DNA of 64,000 bases from Eledone cirrhosa (taxonomy: Eukaryota). Where the stretch lies: the NCBI GenBank assembly GCA_964016885.1, contig OZ024740.1:19778001-19842000 (forward strand). The letters are read 5' to 3'. The notes below the pieces were generated by a model that ran no database searches, was not told the origin of the DNA, and worked only from the letters and a program-made list of their open reading frames with translations. Shown one piece after another: positions 53,500 through 64,000 of this stretch; positions within the stretch are counted from its first letter, which is position 1, and the number at the start of each line of letters is the position of its first letter. The translations under genes and the position numbers were made by a program.

Positions 53500-56400
53500 T
53501 GCAGTGTCCCGACAGCTAACAACTGATGCAGTGTCTCGACATCTAACAACTGATGCAGTGTCCCGACAGCTAACAACTGATACAGTGTCCCAACAGCTAA
53601 CAACTGATGCAGTGTCCTCTCGACAGCTAACAACTGATGCAGTGTCCTCTCGACAGCTAACAATTGATGCAGTGTCTCGACAGCTAGCAACTGATGCAGT
53701 GTCTCGACAGCTAACAATAGATGCAGTGTCCTTCCGACAGCTAACAACTGATGCAGTGTCCTCTCGACAGCTAACAACCGATGCAGTGTCCTCTCGACAG
53801 CTAACAACTGATGCAGTGTCCCGACAGCTAACAACTGATGCAGTGTCTCGACAGCTAAGAAATGATGCAGTGATTCGACAGCTAACAACTGATGGAGTGT
53901 CTCGACAGCTAACAACTGATGCAGTGTCTCGACAGCTAACAACTGATGCAGTGTCCTTCCGACAGCTAACAACTGATGCAGTGTCCTCTCGACAGGTAAC
54001 AACTGATGCAGTGATTCGACATCTAACAACTGATTCAGTGTCCTCTCGACAGCTAACAACTGATGCAGTGATTCGACAGTTAACAACTGATGCAGTGTCC
54101 TCAGGACTGCTAACAACTAAAGCAGTGATTCGACATCTAACAACTGATACAGTGTCCTCTCGACAGCTAACAACTGATGCAGTGCTCAGACAGCTAACAA
54201 CTGATGCAGTGTCCCGACAGCTAACAACTGATGCAGTGTCCCGACAGCTAACAACTGATGCAGTGTCTCGACAGCTAACAACTGATGCAGTGTCCCGACA
54301 GCTAACAACTGATGCAGTGTCTCGTCATCTAACAACTGATGCAGTGTCCCGACAGCTAACAACTGATACAGTGTCCCGACAGCTAACAACTGATGCAGTG
54401 TCCTCTCGACAGCTAACAACTGATGCAGTGTCCTCTCGACAGTTAACAACTGATGCAGTGTCCCGACAGCTAACAACTGATGCAGTGTCTCGACATCTAA
54501 CAACTGATGCAGTGTCCCAACAGCTAACAACTGATGCAGTGTCCTCTCGACAGCTAACAACTGATGCAGTGTCCCGACAGCTAACAACTGATGCAGTGTC
54601 CTATCGACAGCTAACAACTGATGCAGTATCCCGACAGCTAACAACTGATCCAGTGTCCTCTCGACAGCTAACAACTGATGCAGTGTCCTCTCGACAGCTA
54701 ACAACTGATGCAGTGTCCCGACAGCTAACAACTGATGCAGTGTCCTCTCGACAGCTAACAACTGATGCAGTGTCCCGACAGCTAACAACTGTTGCAGTGT
54801 CCTCTCGAAAGCTAACAACTGATGCAGTGTCTCGACAGCTAACAACTGATGCAGTGACCCGACAGCTAACAACTGATGCAGTGATTCGGCATCTAACAAC
54901 TGATGCAGTGTCCTCTCGACAGCTAACAACTGATGCAGTGTCCTCTCAACAGCTAACAACTGATGCAGTGTCCTCTCGACAGCTAACAACTGATGCAGTG
55001 TCCTCTCGACAGCTAACAACTGATGCAGTGTCCTCTCGACAGCTAACAACTGATGCAGTGTCCCGACAGCTAACAACTGATGCAGTGTCCTCTCGACAGC
55101 TAACAACTGATGCAGTGTCCTTCCGACAGCTGACAACTGATGCAGTGTCCTCTCGACAGCTAAAAACTGATGCAGTGATTCGACATCTAACAACTGATGC
55201 AGTGTCCTCTCGACAGCTAACAACTGATGCAGTGATTCGACAGCTAACAACTGATGCATTGTCCTCTCGACAGCTAACAACTGATGCAGTGTCCTCTCGA
55301 CAGCTAACAACTGATGCAGTGTCCCGACAGCTAACAACTGATGCAGTGTCCTCTCGACAGCTAACAACTGATGCAGTGTCCCGACAGCTAACAACTGATG
55401 CAGTGTCCTCTCGAAAGCTAACAACTGATGCAGTGTCCCGACAGCTAACAACTGATGCAGTGTCCCGACAGCTAACAACTGATGCAGTGTCTCGACAGCT
55501 AACAACTGATGCAGTGTCCCGACAGCTAACAACTGATGCAGTGTCTCGACAGCTAACAACTGATGCAGTGTCTCGACATCTAACAACTGATGCAGTGTCC
55601 TTCCGACTGCTAACAACTGATGCAGTGTCCGCTCGACAGCTAACAACTGATGAAGTGATTCGACAGCTAACAACTGATGCAGTGTCCTCTCGACAGCTAA
55701 CAACTGATGCAGTGATTCGACATCTAACAACTGATACAGTGTCCTCTCGACAGCTAGCAACTGATGCAGTGTCCTGACAGCTAACAACTGATGCAGTGTC
55801 CTCTCGACAGCTAACAACTGATGCAGTGTCCTCTCGACAGCTAACAACTGATGCAGTGTCCCGACATCTAACAACTGATGCAGTGTCCTCTCGACAGCTA
55901 ACAACTGATGCAGTGTCCTCTCGACAGCTAACAACTGATGCAGTGTCCTCTCGACAGCTAACAACTGATGCAGTGTCCCGACAGCTAACAACTGATGCAG
56001 TGTCTCGACATCTAACAACTGATGCAGTGTCCCGACAGCTAACAACTGATACAGTGTCCCGACAGCTAACAACTGATGCAGTGTCCTCTCGACAGCTAAC
56101 AACTGATGCAGTGTCCTCTCGACAGCTAACAACTGATGCAGTGTCCCGACAGCTAACAACTGATGCAGTGTCTCGACATCTAACAACTGATGCAGTGTCC
56201 CAACAGCTAACAACTGATGCAGTGTCCTCTCGACAGCTAACAACTGATGCAGTGTCCCGACAGCTAACAACTGATGCAGTGTCCTCTCGACAGCTAACAA
56301 CTGATGCAGTGTCCTCTCGACAGCTAACAACTGATGCAGTGTCCCGACAGCTAACAACTGATGCAGTGTCTCGACATCTAACAACTGATGCAGTGTCCCG

Positions 56401-59400
56401 ACAGCTAACAACTGATACAGTGTCCCGACAGCTAACAACTGATGCAGTGTCCTCTCGACAGCTAACAACTGATGCAGTGTCCTCTCGACAGCTAACAATT
56501 GATGCAGTGTCTCGACAGCTAGCAACTGATGCAGTGTCTCGACAGCTAACAATAGATGCAGTGTCCTTCCGACAGCTAACAACTGATGCAGTGTCCTCTC
56601 GACAGCTAACAACCGATGCAGTGTCCTCTCGACAGCTAACAACTGATGCAGTGTCCCGACAGCTAACAACTGATGCAGTGTCTCGACAGCTAAGAAATGA
56701 TGCAGTGATTCGACAGCTAACAACTGATGGAGTGTCTCGACAGCTAACAACTGATGCAGTGTCTCGACAGCTAACAACTGATGCAGTGTCCTTCCGACAG
56801 CTAACAACTGATGCAGTGTCCTCTCGACAGGTAACAACTGATGCAGTGATTCGGCATCTAACAACTGATTCAGTGTCCTCTCGACAGCTAACAACTGATG
56901 CAGTGATTCGACAGTTAACAACTGATGCAGTGTCCTCAGGACTGCTAACAACTAAAGCAGTGATTCGACATCTAACAACTGATACAGTGTCCTCTCGACA
57001 GCTAACAACTGATGCAGTGCTCAGACAGCTAACAACTGATGCAGTGTCCCGACAGCTAACAACTGATGCAGTGTCCCGACAGCTAACAACTGATGCAGTG
57101 TCTCGACAGCTAACAACTGATGCAGTGTCCCGACAGCTAACAACTGATGCAGTGTCTCGACATCTAACAACTGATGCAGTGTCCCGACAGCTAACAACTG
57201 ATACAGTGTCCCAACAGCTAACAACTGATGCAGTGTCCTCTCGACAGCTAACAACTGATGCAGTGTCCTCTCGACAGCTAACAATTGATGCAGTGTCTCG
57301 ACAGCTAGCAACTGATGCAGTGTCTCGACAGCTAACAATAGATGCAGTGTCCTTCCGACAGCTAACAACTGATGCAGTGTCCTCTCGACAGCTAACAACC
57401 GATGCAGTGTCCTCTCGACAGCTAACAACTGATGCAGTGTCCCGACAGCTAACAACTGATGCAGTGTCTCGACAGCTAAGAAATGATGCAGTGATTCGAC
57501 AGCTAACAACTGATGGAGTGTCTCGACAGCTAACAACTGATGCAGTGTCTCGACAGCTAACAACTGATGCAGTGTCCTTCCGACAGCTAACAACTGATGC
57601 AGTGTCCTCTCGACAGGTAACAACTGATGCAGTGATTCGACATCTAACAACTGATTCAGTGTCCTCTCGACAGCTAACAACTGATGCAGTGATTCGACAG
57701 TTAACAACTGATGCAGTGTCCTCAGGACTGCTAACAACTAAAGCAGTGATTCGACATCTAACAACTGATACAGTGTCCTCTCGACAGCTAACAACTGATG
57801 CAGTGCTCAGACAGCTAACAACTGATGCAGTGTCCCGACAGCTAACAACTGATGCAGTGTCCCGACAGCTAACAACTGATGCAGTGTCTCGACAGCTAAC
57901 AACTGATGCAGTGTCCCGACAGCTAACAACTGATGCAGTGTCTCGTCATCTAACAACTGATGCAGTGTCCCGACAGCTAACAACTGATACAGTGTCCCGA
58001 CAGCTAACAACTGATGCAGTGTCCTCTCGACAGCTAACAACTGATGCAGTGTCCTCTCGACAGTTAACAACTGATGCAGTGTCCCGACAGCTAACAACTG
58101 ATGCAGTGTCTCGACATCTAACAACTGATGCAGTGTCCCAACAGCTAACAACTGATGCAGTGTCCTCTCGACAGCTAACAACTGATGCAGTGTCCCGACA
58201 GCTAACAACTGATGCAGTGTCCTATCGACAGCTAACAACTGATGCAGTATCCCGACAGCTAACAACTGATCCAGTGTCCTCTCGACAGCTAACAACTGAT
58301 GCAGTGTCCTCTCGACAGCTAACAACTGATGCAGTGTCCCGACAGCTAACAACTGATGCAGTGTCCTCTCGACAGCTAACAACTGATGCAGTGTCCCGAC
58401 AGCTAACAACTGTTGCAGTGTCCTCTCGAAAGCTAACAACTGATGCAGTGTCTCGACAGCTAACAACTGATGCAGTGACCCGACAGCTAACAACTGATGC
58501 AGTGATTCGGCATCTAACAACTGATGCAGTGTCCTCTCGACAGCTAACAACTGATGCAGTGTCCTCTCAACAGCTAACAACTGATGCAGTGTCCTCTCGA
58601 CAGCTAACAACTGATGCAGTGTCCTCTCGACAGCTAACAACTGATGCAGTGTCCTCTCGACAGCTAACAACTGATGCAGTGTCCCGACAGCTAACAACTG
58701 ATGCAGTGTCCTCTCGACAGCTAACAACTGATGCAGTGTCCTTCCGACAGCTGACAACTGATGCAGTGTCCTCTCGACAGCTAAAAACTGATGCAGTGAT
58801 TCGACATCTAACAACTGATGCAGTGTCCTCTCGACAGCTAACAACTGATGCAGTGATTCGACAGCTAACAACTGATGCATTGTCCTCTCGACAGCTAACA
58901 ACTGATGCAGTGTCCTCTCGACAGCTAACAACTGATGCAGTGTCCCGACAGCTAACAACTGATGCAGTGTCCTCTCGACAGCTAACAACTGATGCAGTGT
59001 CCCGACAGCTAACAACTGATGCAGTGTCCTCTCGAAAGCTAACAACTGATGCAGTGTCCCGACAGCTAACAACTGATGCAGTGTCCCGACAGCTAACAAC
59101 TGATGCAGTGTCTCGACAGCTAACAACTGATGCAGTGTCCCGACAGCTAACAACTGATGCAGTGTCTCGACAGCTAACAACTGATGCAGTGTCTCGACAT
59201 CTAACAACTGATGCAGTGTCCTTCCGACTGCTAACAACTGATGCAGTGTCCGCTCGACAGCTAACAACTGATGAAGTGATTCGACAGCTAACAACTGATG
59301 CAGTGTCCTCTCGACAGCTAACAACTGATGCAGTGATTCGACATCTAACAACTGATACAGTGTCCTCTCGACAGCTAGCAACTGATGCAGTGTCCTGACA

Positions 59401-62080
59401 GCTAACAACTGATGCAGTGTCCTCTCGACAGCTAACAACTGATGCAGTGTCCTCTCGACAGCTAACAACTGATGCAGTGTCCCGACATCTAACAACTGAT
59501 GCAGTGTCCTCTCGACAGCTAACAACTGATGCAGTGTCCTCTCGACAGCTAACAACTGATGCAGTGTCCTCTCGACAGCTAACAACTGATGCAGTGTCCC
59601 GACAGCTAACAACTGATGCAGTGTCTCGACATCTAACAACTGATGCAGTGTCCCGACAGCTAACAACTGATACAGTGTCCCGACAGCTAACAACTGATGC
59701 AGTGTCCTCTCGACAGCTAACAACTGATGCAGTGTCCTCTCGACAGCTAACAACTGATGCAGTGTCCCGACAGCTAACAACTGATGCAGTGTCCTCTCGA
59801 CAGCTAACAACTGATGCAGTGTCCTCTCAACAGCTAACAACTGATGCAGTGTCCTCTCGACAGCTAACAACTGATGCAGTGTCCTCTCGACAGCTAACAA
59901 CTGATGCAGTGTCCTCTCGACAGCTAACAACTGATGCAGTGTCCCGACAGCTAACAACTGATGCAGTGTCCTCTCGACAGCTAACAACTGATGCAGTGTC
60001 CTTCCGACAGCTGACAACTGATGCAGTGTCCTCTCGACAGCTAAAAACTGATGCAGTGATTCGACATCTAACAACTGATGCAGTGTCCTCTCGACAGCTA
60101 ACAACTGATGCAGTGATTCGACAGCTAACAACTGATGCATTGTCCTCTCGACAGCTAACAACTGATGCAGTGTCCTCTCGACAGCTAACAACTGATGCAG
60201 TGTCCCGACAGCTAACAACTGATGCAGTGTCCTCTCGACAGCTAACAACTGATGCAGTGTCCCGACAGCTAACAACTGATGCAGTGTCCTCTCGAAAGCT
60301 AACAACTGATGCAGTGTCCCGACAGCTAACAACTGATGCAGTGTCCCGACAGCTAACAACTGATGCAGTGTCTCGACAGCTAACAACTGATGCAGTGTCC
60401 CGACAGCTAACAACTGATGCAGTGTCTCGACAGCTAACAACTGATGCAGTGTCTCGACATCTAACAACTGATGCAGTGTCCTTCCGACTGCTAACAACTG
60501 ATGCAGTGTCCGCTCGACAGCTAACAACTGATGAAGTGATTCGACAGCTAACAACTGATGCAGTGTCCTCTCGACAGCTAACAACTGATGCAGTGATTCG
60601 ACATCTAACAACTGATACAGTGTCCTCTCGACAGCTAGCAACTGATGCAGTGTCCTGACAGCTAACAACTGATGCAGTGTCCTCTCGACAGCTAACAACT
60701 GATGCAGTGTCCTCTCGACAGCTAACAACTGATGCAGTGTCCCGACATCTAACAACTGATGCAGTGTCCTCTCGACAGCTAACAACTGATGCAGTGTCCT
60801 CTCGACAGCTAACAACTGATGCAGTGTCCTCTCGACAGCTAACAACTGATGCAGTGTCCCGACAGCTAACAACTGATGCAGTGTCTCGACATCTAACAAC
60901 TGATGCAGTGTCCCGACAGCTAACAACTGATACAGTGTCCCGACAGCTAACAACTGATGCAGTGTCCTCTCGACAGCTAACAACTGATGCAGTGTCCTCT
61001 CGACAGCTAACAACTGATGCAGTGTCCCGACAGCTAACAACTGATGCAGTGTCTCGACATCTAACAACTGATGCAGTGTCCCAACAGCTAACAACTGATG
61101 CAGTGTCCTCTCGACAGCTAACAACTGATGCAGTGTCCCGACAGCTAACAACTGATGCAGTGTCCTCTCGACAGCTAACAACTGATGCAGTGTCCTCTCG
61201 ACAGCTAACAACTGATGCAGTGTCCCGACAGCTAACAACTGATGCAGTGTCTCGACATCTAACAACTGATGCAGTGTCCCGACAGCTAACAACTGATACA
61301 GTGTCCCGACAGCTAACAACTGATGCAGTGTCCTCTCGACAGCTAACAACTGATGCAGTGTCCTCTCGACAGCTAACAATTGATGCAGTGTCTCGACAGC
61401 TAGCAACTGATGCAGTGTCTCGACAGCTAACAATAGATGCAGTGTCCTTCCGACAGCTAACAACTGATGCAGTGTCCTCTCGACAGCTAACAACCGATGC
61501 AGTGTCCTCTCGACAGCTAACAACTGATGCAGTGTCCCGACAGCTAACAACTGATGCAGTGTCTCGACAGCTAAGAAATGATGCAGTGATTCGACAGCTA
61601 ACAACTGATGGAGTGTCTCGACAGCTAACAACTGATGCAGTGTCTCGACAGCTAACAACTGATGCAGTGTCCTTCCGACAGCTAACAACTGATGCAGTGT
61701 CCTCTCGACAGGTAACAACTGATGCAGTGATTCGACATCTAACAACTGATTCAGTGTCCTCTCGACAGCTAACAACTGATGCAGTGATTCGACAGTTAAC
61801 AACTGATGCAGTGTCCTCAGGACTGCTAACAACTAAAGCAGTGATTCGACATCTAACAACTGATACAGTGTCCTCTCGACAGCTAACAACTGATGCAGTG
61901 CTCAGACAGCTAACAACTGATGCAGTGTCCCGACAGCTAACAACTGATGCAGTGTCCCGACAGCTAACAACTGATGCAGTGTCTCGACAGCTAACAACTG
62001 ATGCAGTGTCCCGACAGCTAACAACTGATGCAGTGTCTCGACATCTAACAACTGATGCAGTGTCCCGACAGCTAACAACT
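53500..62080 (+). repeat. 3621-bp tandem duplication whose second copy contains a nested 1260-bp duplication
   Basis: Offsets of 3621 (53591/57212, 54186/57807, 55777/59398), 1260 (59398/60658, 59417/60677) and 4881 = 3621+1260 (56951/61832). Confidence 0.85.
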
Positions 62081-64000
62081 GATACAGTGTCCCGACAGCT
62101 AACAACTGATGCAGTGTCCTCTCGACAGCTAACAACTGATGCAGTGTCCTCTCGACAGTTAACAACTGATGCAGTGTCCCGACAGCTAACAACTGATGCA
62201 GTGTCTCGACATCTAACAACTGATGCAGTGTCCCAACAGCTAACAACTGATGCAGTGTCCTCTCGACAGCTAACAACTGATGCAGTGTCCCGACAGCTAA
62301 CAACTGATGCAGTGTCCTCTCGACAGCTAACAACTGATGCAGTATCCCGACAGCTAACAACTGATCCAGTGTCCTCTCGACAGCTAACAACTGATTCAGT
62401 GTCCTCTCGACAGCTAACAACTGATGCAGTGTCCCGACAGCTAACAACTGATGCAGTGTCCTCTCGACAGCTAACAATTGATGCAGTGTCCCGACAGCTA
62501 ACAACTGTTGCAGTGTCCTCTCGAAAGCTAACAACTGATGCAGTGTCTCGACAGCTAACAACTGATGCAGTGACCCGACAGCTAACAACTGATGCAGTGA
62601 TTCGACATCTAACAACTGATGCAGTGTCCTCTCGACAGCTAACAACTGATGCAGTGTCCTCTCAACAGCTAACAACTGATGCAGTGTCCCGACAGCTAAC
62701 AACTGATGCAGTGTCCTCTCGACAGCTAACAACTGATGCAGTGTCCCGACAGCTAACAACTGATGCAGTGTCCCGACAGCTAACAGCTGATGCAGTGTCC
62801 CGACAGCTAACAACTGATGCAGTGTCTCGACAGCTAACAACTGATGCAGTGTCCTCTCGACAGCTAACAACTGATGCAGTGTCCCGACAGCTAACAACTG
62901 ATGCAGTGTCCTCTCGACAGCTAACAACTGATGCAGTGTTCTTCCGACAGCTAACAACTGATGCAGTGTCTTCTCGACAGTTAAAACTGATGCAGTGATT
63001 CGACATCGAACAACTGATGCAGTGTCCTCTCGACAGCTAACAACTGATGCAGTGATTCGACAGCTAACAACTGATGCAGTGTCCTCTCGACAGCTAACAA
63101 CTGATGCAGTGATTCGACATCTAACAACTGATACAGTGTCCTCTCGACAGCTAACAACTGATGCAGTGTCCCGACAGCTAACAACTGATGCAGTGTCCTA
63201 TCGGCACCTAACAACTGATGCAGTGTCCTCTCGACAGCTAACAACTGATGCAGTGTCCCGACAGCTAACAACTGATGCAGTGTCTCGACATCTAACAACT
63301 GATGCAGTGTCCCGACAGCTAACAACTGATACAGTGTCCCGACAGCTAACAACTGATGCAGCGTCCTCTCGACAGCTAACAACTGATGCAGTGTCCTCTC
63401 GACAGCTAACAATTGATGCAGTGTCTCGACAGCTAACAACTGATGCAGTGTCTCGGCAGCTAACAATAGATGCAGTGTCCTTCCGACAGCTAACAACTGA
63501 TGCAGTGTCCTCTCGACAGCTAACAACTGATGCAGTGTCTTCTCGACAGCTAACAACTGATGCAGTGTCCTGACAGCTAACAACTGATGCAGTGTCTCGA
63601 CAGCTGAGAAATGATGCAGTGATTCGACAGCTAACAACTGATGGAGTGTCCCGACAGCTAACAACTGATGCAGTGTCTAGACAGCTAACAACTGATGCAG
63701 TGTCTCGACAGCTAACAACTGATGCAGTGTCCTTCCGAAAGCTAACAACTGATGCAGTTTCCTCTCGACAGGTAACAACTGATGCAGTGATTCGACATCT
63801 AACAACTGATGCAGTGTCCTCTCGACAGCTAACAACTGATGCAGTGATTCGACAGCTAACAACTGATGCAGTGTCCTCAAAACTGCTAACAACTAAAGCA
63901 GTGATTCGACATCTAACAACTGATACAGTGTCCTCTCGACAGCTAACAACTGATGCAGTGCGCAGACAGCTAACAACTGATGCAGTGTCCTCTCGACAGC

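Larger units (their letters stand above)
1..64000 (+). repeat. Large tandem array (minisatellite/satellite) of 27/30-bp monomers, consensus CGACAGCTAACAACTGATGCAGTG[TCC|TCT|TCCTCT]; extends beyond both window edges
   Basis: Seen directly: every line consists of this monomer in one orientation with scattered variants. All listed ORFs translate to the same 9/10-aa repeat in three frames. Confidence 0.99.

Noticed and set aside
1-64000. CRISPR array (27-30-bp direct repeats with a weak dyad)
   Set aside because: Repeats are directly adjacent with no unique spacers, no leader and no cas genes.
1-64000. Telomerase-type or rolling-circle concatemer, or a purely artefactual sequence
   Set aside because: Variants are inherited in nested, diverging higher-order blocks, which fits recombinational array evolution rather than templated synthesis or random read error. 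Exact copy numbers of the near-identical blocks still need read validation.
1-64000. Embedded mobile element, inversion or unique island
   Set aside because: None seen on reading through, and all ORFs on both strands translate to the same repeat. A very short insertion could have been missed by eye, but the frame continuity limits this.

Overview
The whole 64-kb window is one uninterrupted, head-to-tail tandem array (minisatellite/satellite DNA) of roughly 2,200-2,300 monomers (64,000 divided by ~28.5). The consensus is CGACAGCTAACAACTGATGCAGTG followed by TCC (27 bp), TCT (27 bp) or TCCTCT (30 bp), at about 50-52% GC. I found no unique sequence, inversion, transposon, RNA gene or CRISPR spacer, and the array runs off both ends. 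Monomer lengths are multiples of 3 and three of six frames lack stops, so the array generates giant overlapping ORFs (up to 6151 aa: RQLTTDAVS(S) on +, TLHQLLAVG/ER and DTASVVSCR(E) on -). I read these as probable by-products rather than genes, because stops and frameshifts have been amplified with the array. The real structure lies in variant monomers, which reveal nested higher-order duplications (120, 288, 786, 1260, 2282, 2667, ~3070, 3621, 5067 and ~6860 bp), an A-B-C-A'-B'-C' domain order, very few length changes that are not multiples of 3, and CpG-type decay. I cannot support a new protein-based system here. The open question is whether the strict 3n length conservation reflects function. 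The host cannot be identified from the sequence; a eukaryote is inferred. Block boundaries are approximate and were traced by eye.
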